Source: a virus
Taxonomy: Duplodnaviria; Caudoviricetes
DNA: 64,000 nucleotides
Direction: 5' to 3' (one strand)
Virus record (IMG/VR): IMGVR_UViG_3300032167_000048
Shown: in pieces, positions 9,835 to 18,527 of the stretch
Layout of the letters: every line of letters starts with the position of its first letter
Numbering within the stretch: the first letter of the stretch is position 1
The notes under the pieces: generated by a model
The model's input: the letters and a program-made list of their open reading frames with translations, nothing else
Database searches by the model: none
Told to the model about the DNA's origin: nothing
Translations under genes and position numbers: made by a program

Positions 9835-10374
9835 AATAAAATCCTCCGTATGTGTGTTGTATTGTTTTAACTGTCTTTATTATACATGATAAAAAGTATT
9901 ATGTCAAGTATTTTATTTAAATTTGTTTAAATTTATTCAAATTTTCCGAGCCACCGAAAGTTTAGAAATTGGAAAGTTTAAAATGTAAAGTTTTTAAAAA
10001 TTGAATTTTTTTGGAATATTCCGAGCGATAGAAAAATAGTTATTCCAAATGTTTAAAAACTTTATCACAATTATTCCTAATGTTTAAAAACATTTATTCA
10101 TATATCTTCCGTGTGATTGACAAATAAGTTTTTAAAAAATATATTTTTTTGTTTTACATATTTTCCAGTTGTAATTATGTATAATATAAATATTATTTTA
10201 AAGTTTTTAAAAATTCGATTTTTTTGGCTTGAATAAATTTTATCCAGACTGACGACAGGTTTTATCCATATTGGCAGCAGTCAATAATAAAAATGTAAAG
10301 TTTTTAAAAATTGCATTTTTTTGGCAAGTGGCAGCAGGCGACTAATTTTCCTATTCGCCAAAAGTGTTTGTTTA

Positions 10375-10800
10375 AATTTTCCGTTAGGTGCAAAGATTAA
10401 GTTAATTTATTCCGTTAGATTCCATTGATTTATTCCGTTAGATTCCATTGGTTTATTCTGCTTATTATATTATTGCTTATAATGTGTTTATTTTCCGTTT
10501 TAAGCTATGATATGTATTATATAGATATAAATATATAATGATATATTTAAAGCGTGTTTAAAGCGTTTTTAAAGCGTGTTTAAAGCGTGTTTACGCAAGC
10601 CCAAAGATTTTCCATGCAAGCCTACGATATAACGTCAAATCTTCCGTTTATCGCACGTTATATAGTACGTTGTAGCACGTTATATAGTACGTTGTATATA
10701 TACGTATACGATAGAAAAAATAATTGCATCCTGACGTTTTAAAAATTTTCCGTTAAACGCAAAGATTAGTTTAAAAACTTTCCGTTAAACGTAAAGTATA
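10375..10800. repeat. Non-coding block of mixed tandem and direct repeats
   Basis: TTTATTCCGTTAGATTCCATTG x2, TTTAAAGCGTGT x4, GCACGTTATATAGTACGTTGTA x2, TTTCCGTTAAACG x2. Confidence 0.85.
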
Positions 10801-10859
10801 TAAATGTAAAGTTTTTAAAAATTAGATTTTTTTGGTTTGTTAGCAAATAAAAAGAAGAG

Positions 10860-11222
10860 CTATCTCATAGCTCTTCTTCTTTTCGCTTCTTCAAGTCGCT
10901 TCTGAAACTCTTGTCTTCTTGCTTCTCTCTCTTCTTTTGATAAGATACCATGCTTCTTAAGGTATGCTGGGATTTCAGATTCTGCAATATATCTATCTGT
11001 GATATCATGATAGTCAATCGCTGGGTCACCAGTCTCTACAAAGCTCTCTAAGTGCACCAAATAAAACAACTCTTTGCTCATTTCACTTGTATGTGGGATA
11101 TTCAAACAGATTCTGCATTTTGTGTAGTTTGAGATGCTACCGAATGCGTACTCCATAATCATATCATTCTTTTCGCTTGCTACAAAACCTCTTGATAATA
11201 AATCGTATTTTAATTTTAACAT
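10860..11222 (-). CDS. Hypothetical protein
   Basis: GGAGG RBS favours the start at 11222 (MLKLKYD); terminator overlaps the stop. Confidence 0.75.
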   Translation of the reverse strand: MLKLKYDLLSRGFVASEKNDMIMEYAFGSISNYTKCRICLNIPHTSEMSKELFYLVHLESFVETGDPAIDYHDITDRYIAESEIPAYLKKHGILSKEEREARRQEFQKRLEEAKRRRAMR

Positions 11223-11302
11223 AATCTTGACCTCCAACTTTTTGCAATTTTTAAAAACTTTACTTTTCTTATTTGCTGGGGCTAATTTGTTAGCCCCATT
11301 CT

Positions 11303-11596
11303 TTACCATTCGTATCTTCTATACTCTTCGTATGCTTCGTAAATGCTTGTCATACTACACTGTGCAACCTCTGCACTTCCCCATGAATCGTGTCTGTAGT
11401 TAAACTCTTTCTTTTCATAGCGTTTTTTGTATGTTCTCGCTTCCTTGTCACAGGACTTTACGTAAAAGTCCTGAATTCTACTCTTCTCTTCTCTCTCCCT
11501 CTCTTCTCTTCTTCTTTTTGCTACCTCTTCTGGAAAATTCATTTCCTCGATAAATTCGAAATATGCGTCAATACTCTGAAATCTAATTCTTGCCAT
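11303..11596 (-). CDS. Hypothetical charged protein
   Basis: GAGG RBS favours the start at 11596 (MARIRFQ). Confidence 0.75.
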   Translation of the reverse strand: MARIRFQSIDAYFEFIEEMNFPEEVAKRRREEREREEKSRIQDFYVKSCDKEARTYKKRYEKKEFNYRHDSWGSAEVAQCSMTSIYEAYEEYRRYEW

Positions 11597-11686
11597 TTTA
11601 ATATCCTCACTTTCAATTTTTTGCAATTTTTAAAAACTTTACTTTGTGGTTTTTGGGGAAAGGGCTTTCGCCCTTTCCTTATAACC

Positions 11687-12706
11687 TTACTGGTATTTTT
11701 TGTAGATACCTACCAGCTTTTTCGCAGCCACATCTGCTTTGTGCTTGCGATACTCTGTTTTGGATGGAATTCGGTTTCCATTTACGTCCAATTTTGGGCT
11801 TCCGTCAGAGCTTTTTCTGTAGTATCTTCTTGTATCAATTTCCGTGTCATTGAAGTGTTCACAGAAGTTTCTTACGATACACTGCACCATTTCTACCTCC
11901 ATTTTCATGAGGTTCTGATACTGCTTTGCACTCACGAATTTGTTGATTCGGAATTCGATATTGTTATTTGCAAGGCAATTTACAAAGTAGTATCTATCAT
12001 CGTGTTCTTCCTGCTTGCTATTCCAGTCGATTGTGTCGGCATATCCGTTGAAGTATCTACCGAAAACTCTTTCAGTTGTTTCTCTATCGGCTTTCATTTC
12101 CTCGCATAATGGAATGAAAAGGCTATTGTAGAAACGTCTTACCATGTCCATGTATGAACCTTTGCCTGTGTTTTTGCCATTAGCATCTTTCATGCTATTG
12201 ATAGATACATGGAAGTGTGTACCACATGAGCTATTCACTTTTAAAATACCCTCATTCATGAGGTCTTCGCATGTCTGTGCAAACTTGCTTGGTCTGTTCA
12301 AGCCTTGCATAATCGCGGACACATATTCACAAGTGTTTCTATCGCGGCCGTATCTTGCACCATAGCCATCGCTTCTGAGGGAGCTGTCGTGTGTTGGGAT
12401 AAACCCATATTCAAACATGGCATTTCTGAGCTTGTCATCTGAAAAGCTGGTTTCGAATTCGATACCACAGAGCACGCCATTCTTTTTGGCAGTACCCATG
12501 ATTTTTTCATTTGCAGTATGATACCATAAGTTTCTAGCCGCGCATGTTGGGCACATGAGGCTTGCACGTCCTCCGCGCTTGCGGGAAATTGTACGTGTCA
12601 TAATTTCAATTGGAAAGTCGTGTCTACAGCAAGAGCAAGTTGCCTCGATGCGTCCGTGTCTACGTGTTGCGTTTGCGTCTGTGTTCATTGTGTTGATAGT
12701 TGTCAT
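11687..12706 (-). CDS. Putative amidoligase (COOH-NH2 ligase family) with an N-terminal Zn-finger
   Basis: GIEFE, HDSSL, EYVS, SCGTHFHVS and IEFR motifs; CSCC..CPTC; AAGGAGG RBS. Confidence 0.75.
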   Translation of the reverse strand: MTTINTMNTDANATRRHGRIEATCSCCRHDFPIEIMTRTISRKRGGRASLMCPTCAARNLWYHTANEKIMGTAKKNGVLCGIEFETSFSDDKLRNAMFEYGFIPTHDSSLRSDGYGARYGRDRNTCEYVSAIMQGLNRPSKFAQTCEDLMNEGILKVNSSCGTHFHVSINSMKDANGKNTGKGSYMDMVRRFYNSLFIPLCEEMKADRETTERVFGRYFNGYADTIDWNSKQEEHDDRYYFVNCLANNNIEFRINKFVSAKQYQNLMKMEVEMVQCIVRNFCEHFNDTEIDTRRYYRKSSDGSPKLDVNGNRIPSKTEYRKHKADVAAKKLVGIYKKYQ

Positions 12707-12899
12707 AGTTTTGTTCCTCCTTGATTTGAAAAAGTGTTTTGTTGTTTTCTGAGGCTAATACATCATAAAAATTTCTCTACGTCAATAGAAAGTTTTTAAA
12801 TTCTTTATTTTTCTGGAAACTTGCAAGTTTTTGCGTGGGGTGGGGGTGGTTTACAATTAAAAGTCGGAGGGGCGAGCCGCGTGGGGGAGAATGTAGTAC

Positions 12900-13170
12900 A
12901 CCTAATCCTATACACCCAACCCACCGTCCGATACAACCCAACACACAATCCACTCTCCACCCCCCCATTTCACATTTCCAACACGTCCCCCTATCCCAAC
13001 TAAACAAAACACCCCAAATACCCAAAGCAAATATCCGCCCCTCTCTTCCAACAACTCAACAATCCAACAACAACCATATCTCCCAACCAAACACATCAAA
13101 TCCCCATCCAAGACCAACAATATCTACTACTACCACAAAACTCTACCTATACCCTATACCCCCCTATTTC
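12900..13170 (-). repeat. C/A-rich tract (G-rich on the minus strand)
   Basis: Almost G-free 270 bp with many CCC runs; compositional mirror of 1-190. Confidence 0.8.
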
Positions 13171-13248
13171 ACAATAATTCAGGAAACCAATAATATGTGC
13201 TATTATATATACCTCCCTCCCCATATTGAAAATTTCTCTAAAAACTAC

Positions 13249-13277
13249 TTGACAATTTACAGAAAATGGTGTATAAT
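13249..13277 (+). promoter_or_regulatory. SigmaA-type promoter for the RNAP operon
   Basis: ACTACTTGACA-N17-TATAAT, same family as the cassette promoters. Confidence 0.85.
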
Positions 13278-13539
13278 GACATCAACAAATAAAAACAAAT
13301 TGTTTTAAAATACAACTAATAAGGTTATAAAAATATTAGCACAAAAACAAAATACATAAAACGAAAGTTAACATCCTGAGCGATAGCTCAGTAGTATACT
13401 TATATGTAATGTTATTCTTATATGTATGAACGGAAAAGTTACATACATTTTGTACGGTGCTAAATGGTGATTATGGTTTGAGCACCGTACATTTTGTACG
13501 GTGGTCGTAAAATACAAATGCAGGAGGTGATAATTATTA

Positions 13540-14436
13540 ATGCCAACAGATAACACGACTTATGAACTTATTGATGGAAAGTATGAATATAAAAGAGTTC
13601 CATTAGAAGAACATCAGTCAGAGCACATATATATACCTTGGTCTGTTATCGCAAATACAAATCTGGATACAAGAAGAGTTGGGATATTTTCATATTTGAG
13701 AATACATCGTGGATTAAACAATGTTGTGAATCTAACTATTCCAGATGTTGTTGAGTGGTGTGGCGGTAAGCCAGATAGAAGAACAAATGGTACAAATGAC
13801 AAATTCTTATCTGTATTAGATAGCTTTGCTGAATATGGATATTTAACATATATTTCAGAAAGAAGTAAAAGTTCTTATATGAAATGCAAATTTGACAAAC
13901 AATATTATGGCAAGCAATGTGGAAATGGTTATGCAGTGGTTTATTTAGATGAAATTGAATCTATTATGAATTATCAAAAAGAAAATCTAAAAGATAGCAC
14001 TGTAAATAATTTTATTATTCTTTTGGTATTTGCATATTTAAGATATAAGATTATACGTAGACCAAATATGTTAAAGCCAGAAGAAAGAAGCTCAGAAATG
14101 ATAGAGAAAAGACGAATGAAATTGCCAGATGCTTATAATGGCAATCTTATAGATATGGCTGATGAGATAGGAATATCTTCTAAAACTCTATCGAAGATAA
14201 TTAATATACTTGAATGTGACCTACATTTAATTGTTACAGATAGAGCATATAGAATTAGAACAGAAGACGATGAGTATAGAACTCCTCCTACTATATTTGC
14301 AAACGCTTATAAAAGAGAAGATAAATATTTACTTATGACTGGCGATGAATATAGTAGAAATGAAATTGAATTAAAAGCTAAAAAAATCAAGAAATTCATT
14401 AGGGATTTCGAAATTAATAAAACAATAAGAAAATAG
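13540..14436 (+). CDS. Putative HTH DNA-binding or replication-initiator-like protein
   Basis: AGGAGGTG RBS; two winged-HTH-like segments (LIDMADEIGISSKTLSKIINIL). Confidence 0.55.
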   Translation: MPTDNTTYELIDGKYEYKRVPLEEHQSEHIYIPWSVIANTNLDTRRVGIFSYLRIHRGLNNVVNLTIPDVVEWCGGKPDRRTNGTNDKFLSVLDSFAEYGYLTYISERSKSSYMKCKFDKQYYGKQCGNGYAVVYLDEIESIMNYQKENLKDSTVNNFIILLVFAYLRYKIIRRPNMLKPEERSSEMIEKRRMKLPDAYNGNLIDMADEIGISSKTLSKIINILECDLHLIVTDRAYRIRTEDDEYRTPPTIFANAYKREDKYLLMTGDEYSRNEIELKAKKIKKFIRDFEINKTIRK

Positions 14437-14451
14437 AAAGGATAAATTATA

Positions 14452-14637
14452 ATGAACAATAAATTAACAATAAGTGATATTCGTTTTTTAGACGATAAAA
14501 TAGAGAAGGATATGTATCAATCTACTGATAATAGAACTTGGGGGTCATATGTAAGAGACATATATGATGGAGATAATTTTGCAGATTATTGCGAAGATTT
14601 ATTTGAATTATTAGAAGAAGAAGAATATTGGGATTAA
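14452..14637 (+). CDS. Small acidic protein
   Basis: AAAGGA RBS; in operon. Confidence 0.7.
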   Translation: MNNKLTISDIRFLDDKIEKDMYQSTDNRTWGSYVRDIYDGDNFADYCEDLFELLEEEEYWD

Positions 14638-14650
14638 GGATGGTGTTGTA

Positions 14651-17569
14651 ATGAGCTTGGATGTTCAGGTTCAGATTCTAAGTGTTGATACTGGAAACTT
14701 CTATAGTAATAAAGAAGCTTACCTTCATTGGTTTAATCATAAGCTTAGAATTGAAAGAAATGAATTAAAGAAAAAAGAAAATGAAATTATAAATGAGTTT
14801 TCTAAATATGGAATTGATAAAAATGATTTAGAACTAATTGCAAATAAAGATTATGATTATAGTTCTTGGGGAGAAGATAAACATACTTTGCTTACTCTTG
14901 GAATGGATTATTGTAGAGTGAGAGAATTAGTGAAACTAAAGAATAAGAAAATAAAAGAATCAAAAGATAGATTATTAGATTTATTATCAAATAAAATTGA
15001 AGCAAACATATCTACAAATGGAAAACATCATATTAGAGAATTAAGAAATTTAAATCCATCTGGTTCAAAAGGAGATATTCTTAAATTTGCAAATGAACCA
15101 TTTAATAATAATAAAATTATATCTGTATTTGATTCTGCTTTTACAAGAATGATTGGAGCAAAGCAGGATGAATTAACAGAAGATTTTATGGTTGTGCAGG
15201 TATATTACTTTGATATTATTAAGGACTTAATTTATCATGGATTTACATATAAGGGAGAAAAATATATTTACTTTACATCTTCTGCTGGTCAGATTAGAAC
15301 AAAGAAAACAGTATTCGTAAAAGAATCTGTTTGGAAAAAATATGAGAAGACAATTATGTGTGGACTTACAATTGATTCTATTAATGAAAAAGGTGGTAAT
15401 AATCCAAATAAGCATTTAGCGTATATGGCTTTAACAAACTCAGCTACAGATGTTTGGAAAGAGTTTGATATTGATAAGACGATTGTGGTAAATGATTTTG
15501 CAACTGACGTATTTGGAACTTATGATTTGGTAGATGATGTTGATTATTCTATTAAACGTATATCTGATTATGTACCAATTGAACATACAGATGGTGCTGG
15601 TATGATGTTGCCATGTATGGGCAAGAACAGAATGGTTCGTCTTCCTTGGGTAAAAGGATTGCTTGGTTCTTTTGATTATTTGAAATTTATTAAAGAAAAT
15701 AATTGTTCTCCAATAATTAAAGACATATATGGTGTTGAACATGATGTAATAGCAGAAGATATTCAGATTATATTTACAAAGTCTCAGTTTAAGATGTGTA
15801 AGTATTATGATTCTTGGGAACAGTACAAGGGATATTATAAGAAGTATGGTTGCTCTGCTGGATATACCAATATGGAAGAAGATAAGATTAAGGATGCAAC
15901 AATTAATTATCAAATGCTTCAAACACTTACTGATATTACAGATGAAGAAATAGACAATATTATTGAGAAGTCTAAAAATAACTTAGACGATTTAAAAACT
16001 CTTAATGGTATTAAAAGAGCATTTGGCATTACTCCATATAATGATAATATGACATATTTGCAACAAGCTATTAATTTGTATCCGTCATTATTAAATGATG
16101 AATATATGAAAATCACTTTAAGAGAAATAAAAGATAGCTTGGTAAAAAGATATAGGTCTGGTAGTTTAGCAATAAAAGGAAAATATACATTTATACTCCC
16201 AGACTTGTATGCGGCTTGTGAACATTGGTTTATGGGAATTGAAAATCCAAAAGGATTATTAGACGATGGAGAAGTTTTTTGCTGGCTGTTTAAAAAAGAC
16301 GATAAGCTGGATTGTTTAAGAAGTCCTCATTTATATAAAGAACATGCAATTAGAACAAATATTGCTTGTAATAAATATAAAGAACGTCAACAGCAAATTC
16401 GTGAATGGTTTGGAACAGATGCTATTTATACAAGCTGTCATGATTTAATTAGTAAGATTCTTCAGTTTGACGTTGATGGAGATAAGAGTTTAGTAGTAGC
16501 TGATAAAAGTATAGTTGATGTAGCAGAAAGAAATATGAAAGGCATTGTGCCACTATATTACAATATGAAAAAAGCTTCTCCTATTCAATTAAATAATCAG
16601 ACCATTTATAATGGATTAAATGCAGCTTTTGTTGGTGGCAATATTGGGATTTATAGTAATAATATTTCTAAAATTTGGAATAGTGATGTTTTTATTAGTG
16701 GAACAGAAGAAGAGAAACAAAGAGCAATAAATTTAGTTAAGTTATTGTGCATGGAGAACAACTTTGTTATTGACTATGCAAAAACATTATATAAACCAGA
16801 AAGACCAGATTCTGTTCATGAAGAGATTATTAATTTTACAAAAGATAATGTGCCACACTTTTTCGTATATGCAAAGGATAAGGGTGATTCTCAGGTTGAA
16901 GATGCAAATGAAAGCTTTGTAAATAAACTTGAAACTAAAATCAAAAATCCAAGAATTAATTGTAGAAACTTAAAAGGATATGATGGTAATAAACTTGGTA
17001 ATATTGATTATAAAAAATTAGTAAGTAATCCAGATGTGGAATGTAAAATTGCATTTAATAAAAATGGAACAGTTAATGATGAGTTGTCTGACCCAATGAT
17101 TGTTAAATATTTTGAATTAAATAATAAATATCATTTTAAAGTTAATATGGAATGTGCAGATATGATAAGGGGTGAATTATTAAATAATACACAATTAAAA
17201 CAAGATTTGTTCTTTAAGAAGATTGCAAATGAAATTAGATATGAGCTTTCTCAGTTTGGATATTCTGATTTGGAAGTAACAGATATTTTAGTTAAATTAT
17301 TATATCATATTAAACCTAGTAGCCATAAGAGTGTGCTTTGGTTTTGCTATGGTAAATATATAGTTGATAATTTAATAAATAATAATTGCAAACCAAAAAC
17401 AAAAGCAATTAAATGTGTTGATTGTGGAGAATGGATAGAAGTTGAAAACGATAAGAAGCATTTAAAAACTTGTAGATGTGAAACTTGTGATTACGAATAT
17501 AAGAAAATGCTTAAAGCAAAGCAGAATAAACGTGCATATTTAAAAAATAAAAAAATCAGTAGCGATTAA
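14651..17569 (+). CDS. yonO: YonO-like single-subunit DNA-dependent RNA polymerase
   Basis: Catalytic QFDVDGD motif, TDGAG, RLPWVKG, LRSPHL, C-terminal Zn ribbon; position upstream of an HU-like gene and the morphogenesis operon as in SPbeta. Confidence 0.85.
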   Translation: MSLDVQVQILSVDTGNFYSNKEAYLHWFNHKLRIERNELKKKENEIINEFSKYGIDKNDLELIANKDYDYSSWGEDKHTLLTLGMDYCRVRELVKLKNKKIKESKDRLLDLLSNKIEANISTNGKHHIRELRNLNPSGSKGDILKFANEPFNNNKIISVFDSAFTRMIGAKQDELTEDFMVVQVYYFDIIKDLIYHGFTYKGEKYIYFTSSAGQIRTKKTVFVKESVWKKYEKTIMCGLTIDSINEKGGNNPNKHLAYMALTNSATDVWKEFDIDKTIVVNDFATDVFGTYDLVDDVDYSIKRISDYVPIEHTDGAGMMLPCMGKNRMVRLPWVKGLLGSFDYLKFIKENNCSPIIKDIYGVEHDVIAEDIQIIFTKSQFKMCKYYDSWEQYKGYYKKYGCSAGYTNMEEDKIKDATINYQMLQTLTDITDEEIDNIIEKSKNNLDDLKTLNGIKRAFGITPYNDNMTYLQQAINLYPSLLNDEYMKITLREIKDSLVKRYRSGSLAIKGKYTFILPDLYAACEHWFMGIENPKGLLDDGEVFCWLFKKDDKLDCLRSPHLYKEHAIRTNIACNKYKERQQQIREWFGTDAIYTSCHDLISKILQFDVDGDKSLVVADKSIVDVAERNMKGIVPLYYNMKKASPIQLNNQTIYNGLNAAFVGGNIGIYSNNISKIWNSDVFISGTEEEKQRAINLVKLLCMENNFVIDYAKTLYKPERPDSVHEEIINFTKDNVPHFFVYAKDKGDSQVEDANESFVNKLETKIKNPRINCRNLKGYDGNKLGNIDYKKLVSNPDVECKIAFNKNGTVNDELSDPMIVKYFELNNKYHFKVNMECADMIRGELLNNTQLKQDLFFKKIANEIRYELSQFGYSDLEVTDILVKLLYHIKPSSHKSVLWFCYGKYIVDNLINNNCKPKTKAIKCVDCGEWIEVENDKKHLKTCRCETCDYEYKKMLKAKQNKRAYLKNKKISSD

Positions 17570-17797
17570 AATTATTTGTAAACAACCAAAAAATAAGGTT
17601 ATATATAATATATAAAATTTATAAATAGCCTTAAAATAAGGAGTGTAAAATAGTAGCAAAAGGGGAAACACCCTATAACAAGCAATTATTCTTAAAGGTT
17701 GCTGGACAGAAAGTACTAATTAGAAACTACAGTCAACCTTTAAGATATTTTGTCGTCCTCCTTATTTTAAACACAAATTAAATTGGAGGTAGATATA

Positions 17798-18214
17798 TTG
17801 AGTGATAAATTAACGATAACAAAAGAAAATTTAATTAATATCATATCAAATAAATGTGAAGATGATTTTATTTCGACAAGTGATTTAATTAAAATAATAG
17901 ATAGCATTTCTGATGAGTATGGCGTTATTTCAAAGAAAAAGATAATGAAAGCAATTAAAGATTCGCATACAAAAAAAGTTGTTAAGGATATCTACGATAT
18001 AGTAGAGACTTCTTTATTTGAATCTCTTTCTTTAGTTAATGAAAAACAAAATGTTAATATTAAATTGTTTGAGGGTATTAGTTTAAGTGGAAATTATACT
18101 TCTGAAAAAATTAAAAAAAATAATTTAACTGGTGAAATGGCACTTGTTAAAGGTAAGATTAAACCTAAATTTAATATTACTCGTACTTATTGTGAAAAAT
18201 TAAATAACAAATAA
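17798..18214 (+). CDS. HU/IHF-like DNA-binding protein
   Basis: VNIKLFEGISL...KKNNLTGE....KIKPKFNIT arm pattern; GGAGGT RBS before a TTG start. Confidence 0.65.
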   Translation: MSDKLTITKENLINIISNKCEDDFISTSDLIKIIDSISDEYGVISKKKIMKAIKDSHTKKVVKDIYDIVETSLFESLSLVNEKQNVNIKLFEGISLSGNYTSEKIKKNNLTGEMALVKGKIKPKFNITRTYCEKLNNK

Positions 18215-18370
18215 CGTTATATTAATAGCTTAACTGCTATATATCAGTGGAAACACTGTTTATATATAGCCACTTATTATCTTTGGTAATATGTGGTACT
18301 TCTTTTCATTCATTTTTTATAACCTTTCTTTGGCGGAGTATTTACTTAATTGTGGGTGCTCTGCTTTTTT

Positions 18371-18442
18371 GGCTCTATAGTATATCGGTTAGTACACTAG
18401 CCTGTCACGCTAGAAAGGCGAGTTCGATTCTCGCTAGAGTCG
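18371..18442 (+). tRNA. tRNA-Asp(GTC)
   Basis: Cloverleaf; CTAGC-CTGTCAC-GCTAG; GTTCGA T-loop. Confidence 0.9.
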
Positions 18443-18446
18443 TTAT

Positions 18447-18519
18447 CGCCCTGTGGACAAGTGGTTTAAGTTACATCCCTTTCACGGATGCGTCAGGGGT
18501 TCGATTCCCCTCAGGGTGA
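18447..18519 (+). tRNA. tRNA-Glu(TTC)
   Basis: CATCC-CTTTCAC-GGATG anticodon arm. Confidence 0.9.
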
Positions 18520-18527
18520 TTTGTTTT

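Larger units (their letters stand above)
977..9907 (-). promoter_or_regulatory. Set of 16 strong sigmaA-type promoters, (ACTAC)TTGACA-N17-TATAAT-like
   Basis: -35 hexamer (TGTCAA on +) starts at 1000, 2134, 2451, 3301, 3780, 4325, 4910, 5476, 5946, 6291, 6969, 7626, 8304, 8790, 9495 and 9902. Each has a -10 (TATAAT, TACAAT, TATACT, TATCAT, TAATAT or TAACAT) at 17 bp. Confidence 0.9.
388..10835 (+). repeat. ~57 copies of a ~29-bp intergenic motif TAAAGTTTTTAAAAATTNNANTTTTTTGG, mostly in clusters of 2-8
   Basis: Counted by eye. Copies lie between cassettes, all in the same orientation, with within-cluster spacing mostly 47-48 or 57-58 bp. Confidence 0.95.
563..10882 (-). terminator. Set of ~15 intrinsic terminators closing the cassettes
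   Basis: Hairpin plus U-tract on the minus strand near 563-596, 1421-1451, 2881-2910, 3543-3566, 3940-3974, 4574-4602, 5107-5132, 5798-5827, 6496-6525, 7252-7282, 7846-7879, 8515-8538, 9120-9150, 9648-9674 and 10848-10882. Confidence 0.85.

Noticed and set aside
388-10835. CRISPR array or mini-arrays
   Set aside because: The repeats are degenerate, spacers are short (about 18 or 28 nt) and share motifs such as GGCAGCAGG, clusters are interleaved with genes, and no cas genes are present.
388-10882. Classical integron with attC sites
   Set aside because: No RYYYAAC...GTTRRRY hairpin sites were seen, cassettes carry their own promoters, and no integrase is adjacent.
11390-12109. 239-aa plus-strand ORF and other antisense ORFs in the track
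   Set aside because: Shadow frames opposite well-supported genes, with no expression signals.
12777-13308. Overlapping ORFs (157, 82, 70 and 60 aa)
   Set aside because: Artefacts of the C-rich tract (Pro/Thr/Gly-rich); the longest overlaps the promoter at 13249.
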